A stretch of 64,000 nt of DNA from Alphaproteobacteria bacterium. GTDB lineage: Bacteria; Pseudomonadota; Alphaproteobacteria; MPNO01. The DNA is taken from NCBI GenBank assembly GCA_965248835.1, contig CBDFLJ010000001.1, positions 2,112,001-2,176,000 on the forward strand. The letters are read 5' to 3'. The notes under the pieces are model-generated. The model had not been told where the DNA came from and searched no databases. It worked only from the letters and a program-made list of their open reading frames with translations. Within the stretch, counting starts at the first letter, position 1; each line of letters starts with the position of its first letter. A program made the position numbers and the translations under genes. Below, in pieces: positions 9,832 to 19,184 of this stretch.

Positions 9832-11749
9832 ATAGTCGTTGGCCGGGCGGGCGGTCGCGCCGTCTTGCCACAACCGCTGCACGCCGCTTTGGGTCTCGCC
9901 CCAGGCCGGTTGCAGGCTCAGAGACAAGCCTCGGCGGGCAGCGCCCAGATCGAGCCGGACCAGACCGCCGATGCCCCATTCCTCGTAGTTGCCGCCATGG
10001 GCCAGCACGGTGCGGCTGTGGCCCTCGACGGTAAGACCGCTCGCCGGGTCGTGGTAGCGGAGGCTGCCGCCGAGCTCGACGCCGGCGCCGGTCTCGCCGT
10101 CGCCGCCGTCATGGCGAAGACCAAGCTCGACCGCGGGCGTCAACGTGCCGCCCGAGGCGAGTTTGTGCGCATGGCTGCCCTCAAGGCTGAGCCGCACCTT
10201 GCTGGCATCCACCGTCAGCTCGTTGATGTCGGCACCATTACCCTCGACGTCGACCCGCGTCAGCGAGCCCTCGCCCTTGAGCGTGAGTCTTGTCGTACCG
10301 CCTTTGATCAGATCGTCACTGGAGAGCAGCGTGCCGCTCGCGCCCAGCGCCGCCGACCACTGCGTCAGGTCGCTCAACTCCGGGATCCCGCCATCGTCGT
10401 CGATTTCAAGCTCGCCCCAGCCGTAGCCAACCGTCCCCCAGAGACTGAAACCTTCGTTCGCCGACCAGCTCACATAGGGGTTCACGCTGGTCATACGGTT
10501 CTTAAGCGTGCCGCCCGCCGCAGTGCCGGTGCTCCAGTCCGTGTAGTCGAACGAACCCCTGGAGATCGAGCCCGAAAGACCGGCCAGCAGGTTCTCGCGC
10601 AGCCGCGTATCGGCGCCGAGATGGGCACTCCACAGGTCGCCGTCCCATTCCACCGCGCTGCTACCACCGCCCGAGAGACTGCGGTAATCGCCGCTGCCCC
10701 AGACCCCGATGTCGCCGACACCGCCGGCCTTGCCGCCTTCCGCCGCGTTGAGCGCGAAGGACGAGCCGCCCAGCACCCGTGCCAGGTCGAGCGTGCCGTC
10801 CTCCAGCGCCTGCTGGTTCGATTTCAGGACATGGTAGAGCGTCGATTGACCGGCAATGCTGGCCGTCGCCGCCGGCACGTTGCCCGAGGCGACCGCCTCG
10901 ATGCGCTCGGTCACCGCCGCGAGCGTGCTCGCCGCGATCGCCCGCGTGACCTGCGGGAGCACCGTGTCGATCACACCGCCCGGGCGGTTCACCCGCGTCT
11001 GCCGGATCTCGGATAATCTCGCCTTCCAAGCATTGCTCAACGCCTCGAGACTGAGGCCATAGACGCCTACCCACCGATCAGCCGCCCCGCTGTTTCTGGC
11101 ACCGGCGTCCAACGGGGTCAGCGCGTAGAGTAGGCCAAATTTGTCCATCCCGTACGTTTCAATGAGAAACCGCACGAAAGAACCGGCACGAATATAGGCC
11201 CGTCTCTCAGGTGTTCTGTCGGGGTCCAACCGGTCAGGCGTTGCAATTGCATCCAGAACGAGGAGATTCGCCTCATCCGCAGATTCCCCTGCGGCATTAT
11301 GCAGGTCCCGACCAGAGTTGGGATACGCCGCTTGGCCCCCTAAACGCTCGTGTCCATAAACGGCAAACCCTTCCGCCAGAAACCGGTTCGCGTTTGGGGC
11401 GAACACATGAATAACTTCGTGGGTGATCGCCGATCGGCCTGCCACCGTCGTTCCCGTCCGAAACAGCATGTTCCCGCGATTGCCCTCCCAAGCTGGGATC
11501 AAAGCCATCGATGGTCCCGTGCTGTCCTCGATATCAATAGTGAAGGACCCGGTATTAAGTGTCCCCCCACCAGTTACAAACCTTGTTTATCGCCGCACGG
11601 AGAGTTTCCTCGAATACCCGCACGTCCTCGCTCGATATGTTTTCGGGTTCTTCGATTGTTATAGTGGGGTCAGCGCATTGGGCAAACGCCGATCCCAACG
11701 CCAAATAGCCCGTCAGAAGGAATGCGATAGCAAATCTCATAATTACCAC
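9727..11749 (-). pseudogene. Chimeric, frameshifted gene: signal peptide + HExxH metallopeptidase-like domain + incomplete autotransporter beta-domain + TauD tail
   Basis: ORF 11555-11749 has a signal peptide and joins ORF 9727-11508 after removing 1 nt near 11555-11568; THEVIH...LAEGFAVY gluzincin-like motif; beta-strand-rich region (VWGSGDY, HLGAD, LTPAVELGLRHDGG). Confidence 0.72.
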
Positions 11750-11789
11750 ACCTCCCGATTCACCGCAGTAGAACTGCCCCGCACGCTAG

Positions 11790-12241
11790 CCCGGATTATT
11801 CATCCTGGGCCTGAATTTGGGTTGGCGGGCATGGCGTAGAAATTCGTTGTCGAAGCGACATTCTTTCCGGGCAACGAAAACGCCACGCCACACCCACCAT
11901 GGCCGATGATACGCTTTTCTCTTTCGATCTTCCAGCCGTTCGGCGCAAGAAGGGGCGCGCTGCCTTCGACGGCGGCCTGATCTCCTCTGACGGTGGCCTG
12001 GTTCTGTTGCGCGAGGATGAACGTATACGTTCATCGCCGCCTCGGCCTGGCCGGTCTGCTGGCCGGGTGCATCGGGGATCGGCGCGCCCCGGTTCTGATC
12101 ACCCACACGCTGGCCGAGATGCTGCGCTTGCGCATGTTCGCGACCGCCTGCGGCTACGAGGATGCCGACGACTGCGACCGCTTGCGATCGAACCCTGTGT
12201 TCAAGCTTGCGGTGGGACGGACGCCGGAAAGCGGCCGCGAT
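11790..12241 (+). mobile_element. IS1380-family transposase 5' remnant with left inverted repeat
   Basis: CCCGGATTATTCAT end at 11790; AFDGGLISSDGGLVLLRE then, frameshifted, RRLGLA...ACGYEDADDCDRLRSNPVFKLAVGR; truncated after about 110 codons. Confidence 0.85.
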
Positions 12242-12372
12242 CACAACTTCGTTGCTCATATCCGCTACGCCCCGAACAACAGTAGGCGTTACGTCAGCCC
12301 TACCTGGCTACCGGTGTGAGGCAGGACTGAACCGGGATTCTCCGTATGGCAAATCCCCCTTAGAGTGTTGCT

Positions 12373-13223
12373 ATGAAAAAGATCCCACTCTCGCGGGACA
12401 GCCGCCGCCGTATCAAACATGCCAATGCGTATTACGTTGAGAGCCGAATTGGCGCTTACTCCTACGACCATATATACGGAGCCGCCGCGTCTGCCGCGGC
12501 AGATTTTTCATCGATTGGGCCACGCAGTTCGGCGGCCCGGTGTTGGAACTCGGCGCCGGGACCGGGTTGATAAGTTGGCCCGTCGCGGCGGCTGGTTTCA
12601 ACGTCGTCGCGGTCGATCTGTCGGCCGAAATGCTCGCCCTCGCTGAGCGAAAGCAAGAGCACTACCCGCAGGATGTCGTCGATCGCCTCCGGTTCATCCG
12701 TGCCGACATGGTCGACTTCGAGATCGAGCAGCGGTTTCGAACGGTGATGCTGCCGGGACGATCGTTCCAGCATCTGCTGACGCCCGAGGACCAGCGCGCC
12801 GCGCTGCGGCAAATCCACACCCACCTCGAACCGGGCGGTGGCCTGGTTCTGACGCTTTTCGACCCCGATCTACGATATTGCGTTCCCGGCGCACGGCCGC
12901 CGATCGAACGGGAGCAGTTCGAAGACCCGGCCTCGGGACACCGGATGCGCCGGACGTTTCTCGATCGCCAAACCGATCCCCGACGTCAGGTTTTCAGCGA
13001 AACGATTCGCCTGGAATTGCTCGAAGCCGGCGGCAGGATTTTAGTCTCCCAAAAAACACGATGGTCGATGCGTTGGAGCTATCAACAAGAAATGCGCTAT
13101 TTGATCGAAGCCAGCGGCTTTGAGATTGACGCTTTATTTTCCGATTTTTCCGGCGCCCCGGCGGATTATGGTGAGGAACAAATCTGGATCGCCCACCGCG
13201 GGAAATCTCTGCCAACGCGATAA
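12373..13223 (+). pseudogene. Class I SAM-dependent methyltransferase with a 1-nt frameshift in a T5 run (12504-12508)
   Basis: YDHIYG...ADF frame joins FIDWATQFGGPVLELGAGTG on adding one T; motifs VDLSAEML, ADM, HLEPGG. Confidence 0.8.
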
Positions 13224-13356
13224 ACCGACATTTCCCGGATGACCTCCAATTCGCAGCCAGTCGCAGGTGACTCCTATCACCGATTGGAGGACTTTTCCTC
13301 TGCGGCAATCCGACAGTGCCGATTTGATGATTGGGCCAACGTGGTGCGCCGCGGGC

Positions 13357-13673
13357 CCGCGGCCGAGATCGAAGCCGCCGTCATCGACCGGCTTCGGGGC
13401 CTGCTGCGCCAACCCGAGATCGTCGTCGCCACCTGGCGCGCGGTTCGGGAACGGGACGACGCGCTCACCGAGGCCGAGGTACGTGAGGCCCTTCACGGCC
13501 TCGATCCCCTGTAGGACGAGTTGTTCCCCGCCGAGCAGGCCCGCCTGGTCCGGCTTCTCGTCCGGCGTGTCGAGGTCCAGCCAAACGGGTTGAGGCTGCA
13601 TCTCCGCGTCGACGGGCTTCGCAGCATTGTCGCCGACATGAGGGCGGAACAGAGCCAGCGGAGGGCCGCCTGA
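13357..13673 (+). pseudogene. C-terminal remnant of a large serine recombinase (in-frame TAG at 13512)
   Basis: AAEIEAAVIDRLRGLLRQPEIVVATW...LDPL*DELFPAEQARLVRLLVRRVEV resembles the C-terminus of alphaproteobacterial prophage/IME resolvase-family recombinases. Confidence 0.75.
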
Positions 13674-14092
13674 TGACCGACGCCCGGCTCAGCGAAGACG
13701 GCGCCACCTTTACCGTCTGGATCCCCATGACATTCAAGGCCCGGGGCGGGCGCAAGCTGGTGGTTTCGCCCGACGGCGTGCCCGCCTGGACCGGGCCCCG
13801 AAGCCGGGTCGACGACACCCTGGTCAAGGCGCTCGCCCGCGCTTTCCGCCGGCGCCGGCTGCTGGAGACCGGCGTCCACGGCACGGTCGACGAGATCGCC
13901 CGCGCCGAGGGCATCAACGATTCCTACCTGAGCCGCATCCTGCGCCTCACCCTGCTCGCGCCCGACATCGTGGACGCGATCCTCGACGGACGCCAGCCGC
14001 CCGCGCTCACGATGGCGCGGTTGATGAAGCCGTTTCCGGCGGCGTGGGAGGATCAGAGGGCGCGGTTTATGAGCCCGGACGCCGCCCGATAG
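13673..14092 (+). CDS. Recombinase-associated HTH protein of an integrative element or prophage
   Basis: IPMTFKARGGRKLVV...DDTLVKALARAF...SYLSRILRLTLLAPDIVDAILDGRQP; TGATG coupling to the recombinase remnant. Confidence 0.75.
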   Translation: MTDARLSEDGATFTVWIPMTFKARGGRKLVVSPDGVPAWTGPRSRVDDTLVKALARAFRRRRLLETGVHGTVDEIARAEGINDSYLSRILRLTLLAPDIVDAILDGRQPPALTMARLMKPFPAAWEDQRARFMSPDAAR

Positions 14093-14241
14093 GTTCGATA
14101 TACGAGAACGCTAAGCTTGGCGTGCTGCAGCTTCATGACCAGCGACACACACTCGTCAATCAGGCCGGAATGTTGGGTAAGTACCTGCCTGTCGTTGCCA
14201 TTACGATCAGTCTGGCAGCGGGACTCGATTGGAGGCGGCAA

Positions 14242-14658
14242 TCAGTTGTCCGGAATCGCGGGAGCAACGTTCGACGATGTCTGGCCAATCTTGACGCGGG
14301 CCCGCGGCATGTCGCAGCGTTTGCGAGCGCCGAGTTCCCGTAGCCAGGCATTACGCTCGAAATAGGCGCGGATTTCGATCGAGTCAGCTAACCGCAGGTC
14401 CATCGCAAACCAAGGTAGGATCAGGAACACCCCCGCGCCGTAAAGTACGGCGTTTCGACCGCTTTGATCTTGCGCTGGCAGGCGCCGGATGATTTCGGTT
14501 TCGTTGTGTGTCACCTCCTCGATCAGCTTCGAGCAGGAGGACGCTTCGTCGCCCGATTGGTTCCACGGAACCGGCCGGGGATCGCGACCGCCGCAAGCCG
14601 ATAGCGCGAGCACCGCGACAATGGCCGGCGCGACGCGGACAGCTCGTCGGGCTTTCAT
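14242..14658 (-). CDS. Hypothetical lipoprotein
   Basis: Lipobox LSAC, paired cysteines, one internal hydrophobic segment. Confidence 0.7.
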   Translation of the reverse strand: MKARRAVRVAPAIVAVLALSACGGRDPRPVPWNQSGDEASSCSKLIEEVTHNETEIIRRLPAQDQSGRNAVLYGAGVFLILPWFAMDLRLADSIEIRAYFERNAWLRELGARKRCDMPRARVKIGQTSSNVAPAIPDN

Positions 14659-14688
14659 CCGTACTGGCGGACACTTTTCGCCACGCCC

Positions 14689-15198
14689 TTAGCGCAGCGC
14701 AATGATCATATTGCTAACAGCCTCGCGAACTGCATCATCCAGGCCGCTCTCGCTCGACATCGGGTGTGAGGCCGATACTCCTTCGACCTGGAATGCAGTC
14801 CTGGTTTGCCCTGTCGCCTGATCAATCAGTGTGACGTTGCACTTGAGCCGGTTGGATCCTGCAAACACGCCCAGTAGGACACGCGCCGCCCCTGAAACCG
14901 CTGTTCCTTCGACAACGGCAACGTCGAGTTTGTAGTCGGCAGCTTCATTGGCGTGGACCACCTGGCGAAAGACGTGCTCCGCCACTAACCGCCCGAACAG
15001 CTCGCTGCGCAACCGTTGGACAACGCGGGTCGATCCCACATCGGCGCCCTGGACGACGTTCAGAGATACCGTTTTGTTGGCACCAATCGCTCCGACCTTC
15101 TCTTGGGTAATATTCAGTTTCCCGCTCGAACTGCACGCGGCGACGATCAGCATCACGCCAACCAGAGCGGTGATCCGACTCCAATTCCCCAGCATCCT
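14689..15198 (-). CDS. DUF4410-like lipoprotein
   Basis: Lipobox VAAC and VSGAARVLLGVFAGS motif; start uncertain (15198 or 15258). Confidence 0.65.
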   Translation of the reverse strand, partial: RMLGNWSRITALVGVMLIVAACSSSGKLNITQEKVGAIGANKTVSLNVVQGADVGSTRVVQRLRSELFGRLVAEHVFRQVVHANEAADYKLDVAVVEGTAVSGAARVLLGVFAGSNRLKCNVTLIDQATGQTRTAFQVEGVSASHPMSSESGLDDAVREAVSNMIIALR

Positions 15199-15321
15199 AC
15201 TCTCCCCGCCATCTTGGATAACCGATGCGATTTTAACGTCTTTCACTACGCGAGCCAATAAGCGGGACGGAAGGGTGACAGGTCACAAAACGTCGCACAT
15301 CAGCGTGACCTTCTCCCGACA

Positions 15322-16250
15322 TTAGGGCCAGGTCGGCTGAGAGTGTTCCGTGTTGATCATAGCGCTCAAGGGCAGCTGAGTGGAGCCGTTGCGGAGCTCA
15401 TGCGAAGCTGCCCGTGTTGCCAGATAGGCGGCCGGCGTCTGATAGCCGAGCGCCGAATGCGGCCTGGCGGTGTTGTGGTGCACGCGCCAGGCCTCGATCA
15501 CCGACCGGGCATGGGCCAGGCTGGTGAACCATTCCTCGTTCAGGCATTGATCGCGGAACCTTCCATTGAAACTCTCCACGAACGCGTTCTGCACCGGCTT
15601 GCCGGGCTCGATGAAGTGAAGGCCGACGCCGGTGCGCCGGGACCACTCGAACATCGCCCGGGAAGTCAGCTCCGGACCGTTGTCCATGACCAGCGTCTCG
15701 GGCAGGCCACGGCGGGCGGCCATATCCTCGAGGAAGCGGACCAGCCGCGCCCCGGAGATCGACACGTCGACGATCTGGCCCGGGCATTCTCGGCTGTGGT
15801 CGTCGACGATGTTGAGGATGCGGAACCGCCGGCCCGAGGCGAGCTGGTCGGAGACAAAGTCCACCGACCAGCGCTGCATCGGCCGCTGCGGCACAGCCAG
15901 CGGCATGCGATCACGGCGTGGCAGCCGCCGGCGTACGCGACGGCGCACCTGCAGGCCTTCCTCGCGGTAGAGCCTGTCGGTCCGCTTGGCATTCACCACC
16001 AGGCCCTCACCGGCCAGCAGCACATGCAGGCGCAAGTAGCCATAGCGCCGATAGCGCGCCGCCAGATCCTTCATGCGAACACGCAGAACCTCGTCCTGCT
16101 TGGGCGTCGGGCGATACTGCGCCACCGAACGCGACAGGCCGACCACGCGACAGGCCGACCACGCGGCAGGCCCGCCGCTGGCTGTAGCTGCGCCGTTCCA
16201 TCAGATAGCCCACGGCGTCCCGCCGCGCCGCGGGCTTCACCAGTTTTTTG
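15322..16250 (-). pseudogene. IS3 transposase OrfB (DDE), frameshifted by a 16-bp duplication
   Basis: [33 protein letters not shown] motifs; ACGCGACAGGCCGACC repeated at 16129-16160. Confidence 0.9.
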
Positions 16251-16503
16251 ATAGCAGATCCTTCAGCGAGGCGTTGTCCAAGTGCGCTTCCGCCAGAAGA
16301 CGCTTCAGTTTGGCGTTCTCCGATTCCAGATCCTTCAGGCGCCGCGCTTCGGACACGCCCATGCCGCCGTACTTCGACTTCCAGCGATAGAAGGTCTGCT
16401 CCGAGATCCCATGACGACGGCACAGATCCCGCGCCGTCCCGCCGGCCTCATGCTCCCGAAGCACACCGATGATCTGTTCGTCCGTAAACCGATTCCGCTT
16501 CAT
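16237..16503 (-). CDS. IS3 transposase OrfA
   Basis: MKRNRFTDEQIIGVLRE...GISEQTFYRWKSKYGGM...LLSKNW. Confidence 0.92.
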   Translation of the reverse strand: MKRNRFTDEQIIGVLREHEAGGTARDLCRRHGISEQTFYRWKSKYGGMGVSEARRLKDLESENAKLKRLLAEAHLDNASLKDLLSKNW

Positions 16504-16699
16504 GTCGAGTTCTCCCTTCAAAAGTCTCCTCCGGAAAACTCTCTTCCGCTATGGCCCGGATCACGGGGGGAAGGTCAAGCGCACTCTCATTGCCGTATCG
16601 AGAGATCAAAGAAACTCAATGAATTCAGTGCTCGGGTTGGATGCCGGTCTCGCCCGTTCGGGCGAACGAAATTCCAACTCCGGGAATTCCAAATCCCGC

Positions 16700-16925
16700 T
16701 AACCCATTGAAATTTCTACGGTCTGAAAAGCCGTACAGAATTGGCGCAGTCAACAGTCGCGGAGAATATCGGCGGAGAGAGCGGATTCGGCCCGAATCGC
16801 GGGACCGGCGGTCAACGGTTGTCGGCTGAAACCCGCGCGAATACTGAGCTTTTTGCGTTGCCCGAAGCGAACAGAGAAAGTTGGGCGTGGGGCTTGGCGG
16901 AGGGATCGCACCCCGGTTCGAACCT
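16700..16925. repeat. Degenerate att-like element end resembling the tRNA-Ser 3' end and its flank
   Basis: TGGCGGAGGGA..TTCGAACC near 16895-16924 vs TGGCGGAGGGAGAGGGATTCGAACC at 21274; both preceded by TAACnnATTGA and GAGAATATnGGCG..GAGAG motifs. Confidence 0.6.
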
Positions 16926-17191
16926 TCTCCGGTTGGGCGTTCGATGTGGTGGAGATGGTTTGCAATCACCGTCGCATAGCGACCGAAACCCTGATCGGAC
17001 CTGCGGTTATGCGAGGGACGATGTCAGAGCCGCATCTACTCCTTGGCGTGACGCCGCAACCAGACGCGGAACAAGCTCGGTAAATGCCAGGGGAAAGCTT
17101 GATCTCGCCAACCCGATTAGAGAAGGCGTCCACTTGCCCAATCCGACCTTCTACAATAGGAATGCCGAACTCGAAGTGGGGTTAACGCAAA

Positions 17192-17989
17192 ATGGCGATC
17201 AAGCGCGAATTATGGAAACCGCCATTCAGAACGTTTCCTTCCTGGCCATGCCCCACTTGCGGTATCGGCACGATAGCCCTTATTGACGAGACGTTGACCG
17301 TTGCCGAAACGGGCCCCTCAAAAGAGGCCCACGGACATGATGCTTGGGAGCCGGAATGGATCGACGAGCGGTTCGTCGCTATGTTGGTTTGCAATAACGC
17401 GGACTGTAAGGAACGTGTTGTTGTCTGCGGTCGAACATCTCATGAGGAGGATCACGATTACGAGTGCCAAGAGCAAAACTGGGCGAGGCTGTTCGAGCCA
17501 ACATCCTTCAATGAGGCACCGCCAGTATTTCCCATCCCCGAGAACTGCCCCCATGAAATCGAACAGGAGTTGAAGCGAGCTTTCGCGCTGGTGTGGTTGG
17601 ACATCGGTTCAAGCGCCAACCGGTTACGGTCCGCAATCGAGGCGTTCTTGAATGAGCGTAAGGTTCCGAAGACTACCAAGAACAAGAATGGAAAGCGCGT
17701 TCGCCTCGACCTTCATAGCCGTATCATTCGGTTTCGGACCAAGAACGTGGACGCGGCCAATTCCCTGGAGGCGGTCAAGTGGCTCGGAAACGTCGGTAGT
17801 CACGCGAATCTTGATAGTCTGGCCATCGACGACCTGTTGGACGGATTTGATTTGTTCGAGGATGCAATCGAGCGCGTCTATGTTCGCCGCGCTGAGCGCC
17901 TAAGTAAAATGGCTGCGAAAATCAACAAACAGAAGGGCAAACGGCCCAAAACCGAAAAAAAACGACGTTCTGGGAGGCGAAACATCTGA
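17192..17989 (+). CDS. DUF4145 (HEPN-like) domain protein with N-terminal Cys motifs
   Basis: CPTC and CNNADC; SSANRLRSAIE...WLGNVGSH typical of DUF4145; lower GC than the backbone. Confidence 0.78.
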   Translation: MAIKRELWKPPFRTFPSWPCPTCGIGTIALIDETLTVAETGPSKEAHGHDAWEPEWIDERFVAMLVCNNADCKERVVVCGRTSHEEDHDYECQEQNWARLFEPTSFNEAPPVFPIPENCPHEIEQELKRAFALVWLDIGSSANRLRSAIEAFLNERKVPKTTKNKNGKRVRLDLHSRIIRFRTKNVDAANSLEAVKWLGNVGSHANLDSLAIDDLLDGFDLFEDAIERVYVRRAERLSKMAAKINKQKGKRPKTEKKRRSGRRNI

Positions 17990-18114
17990 CAAGGAGGGTG
18001 AGGGATTTGAGGAAAAACCCTCTAAATTTCGGGGAAGAAACATTAACGCCCACCGCTCTGCCGCTTACCAAACCGTTCCAATGATTTGCCGTGACATTCC
18101 AGCAATCACAGGCT

Positions 18115-18239
18115 CTGATCGGCGGCCGCTTCGAGATCGGTCGTCGCTCAACCTCAGCCTCGAGGGCGAGCGCCGTGAGCCGGCCAATGATGCGGCCTCG
18201 GACCACGCGATCAAGCTGCCCATGCAGGCAAACTGGTAG
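18115..18239 (+). pseudogene. Detached C-terminal beta-strands of an autotransporter
   Basis: LIGGRFEIG / (1-nt shift) SSLNLSLEGERREPANDAASDHAIKLPMQANW-stop, ending in a Trp beta-signal. Confidence 0.65.
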
Positions 18240-18353
18240 GGCCGAGGCCGAAGCCGGTCGCGCGGCGGCACGGCGCCTTCCGAGGCACCGCGTCCTCGCT
18301 CTTCAGCCGATTGCCGGCCTCGTCCCGTGTCGGCCTCCCGCATAGAGGGCTGG

Positions 18354-18610
18354 CTCCGCCATCATCGGGGCGGTGGTGAAGGCTCACCGCTGGCGGCGGC
18401 GGATCGAAAGCGGCAAGGCAAAGTCGATCACAGACCTCGCCGCCCGGGAGGGTGTGACGGCGAGTTACGTCAGCCGGTTTCTGCTACTCACCTGTCTCGC
18501 GCCCGAAATCGTCGCGGCAATCCTCGACGGACGCCAGCCCAAGGGCCTCAAGCTCGCGGACCTGCTGCGCAACGCGACCTTGCTCGACTGGAACGAGCAA
18601 CGCAGTGCGT
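18354..18610 (+). pseudogene. Second remnant of the recombinase-associated HTH module
   Basis: VKAHRWRRRIESGKAKSITDLAAREGVTASYVSRFL.LTCLAPEIVAAILDGRQP, paralogous to 13673-14092. Confidence 0.75.
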
Positions 18611-18619
18611 CTCACATGA

Positions 18620-18790
18620 CACCTCGCGCACCGCACGATCGGGATACCCGGATTGCGGCTTGATGCCGGCGCCGACCACATTGTCGACCGGGCTGTCTAC
18701 CGCCACCGCCACGCACGGGTTTTTCCCCGCGTGCCAGCCGCCCGGGCGCGCCGCCGTGGTCGCGCCAGCCAAGATCGCCGGTGTTCGGGC
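18620..18790 (-). pseudogene. Lambda-family phage portal protein N-terminal remnant
   Basis: AILAGATTAARPGGWHAGKNPCVAVAVDSPVDNVVGAGIKPQSGYPDRAVRE reads as a decayed RNNPW...NVVGxGIxP portal motif. Confidence 0.6.
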
Positions 18791-19184
18791 CGGGAACGGC
18801 GTGTGCCGACTGCCGACGGCGACCGCCGCCTGTCGCGATCTCAACCCGAAAGGTTGCGTGATCCAACGGCTCTCGGTCGGCCTTGTATCGGTCCAAGCAA
18901 CGCAGTCCGTGGAAGAAGGCAATTGCGGTCTTCGACCCCCGCCTTCCCTCAGGGCACTGCGGCGATGACGAGCTCTCGTGCCTTTCGCAGCCTGAATTGC
19001 AGCCTGGTCCAGGCGCGAGCTGCCCGTTGTCCGGCCCCTTCCTCGACCGGCCAGGCTCCGACCCCAGGGTTCGCCCTCGTTTTGTAGGCGCACGCCCTGA
19101 ACCCGATCGGCTTCCCCTCCCAATCGCCTGTGGAGTAACATGGCAACGCTTGGGAAGTCTGCGGAAGGGTGACCCGGTTTGGGC

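Larger units (their letters stand above)
15306..16577 (-). mobile_element. Full-length IS3-family element (1272 bp) with 4-bp target duplication AGCG, probably inactivated
   Basis: Terminal IRs TGACCTTCTCCCGACATTAGGGCCA / TGACCTTCCCCCCGTGATCCGGGCCA; AGCG at 15302-15305 and 16578-16581; OrfA/OrfB with A6C slippery site; 16-bp internal duplication. Confidence 0.95.

Noticed and set aside
7871-9979. 702-aa minus-strand ORF
   Set aside because: Antisense shadow of dctM running into unrelated fragments; no coherent domain. Long shadow ORFs are expected at this GC content
13512-13514. Stop-codon recoding at an in-frame TAG
   Set aside because: Simple TGG-to-TAG change in a recombinase already lacking its catalytic N-terminus; other genes use TAG as a normal stop
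16890-16930. Second tRNA gene
   Set aside because: Only a degenerate match to the acceptor/T-arm end; no D or anticodon arm
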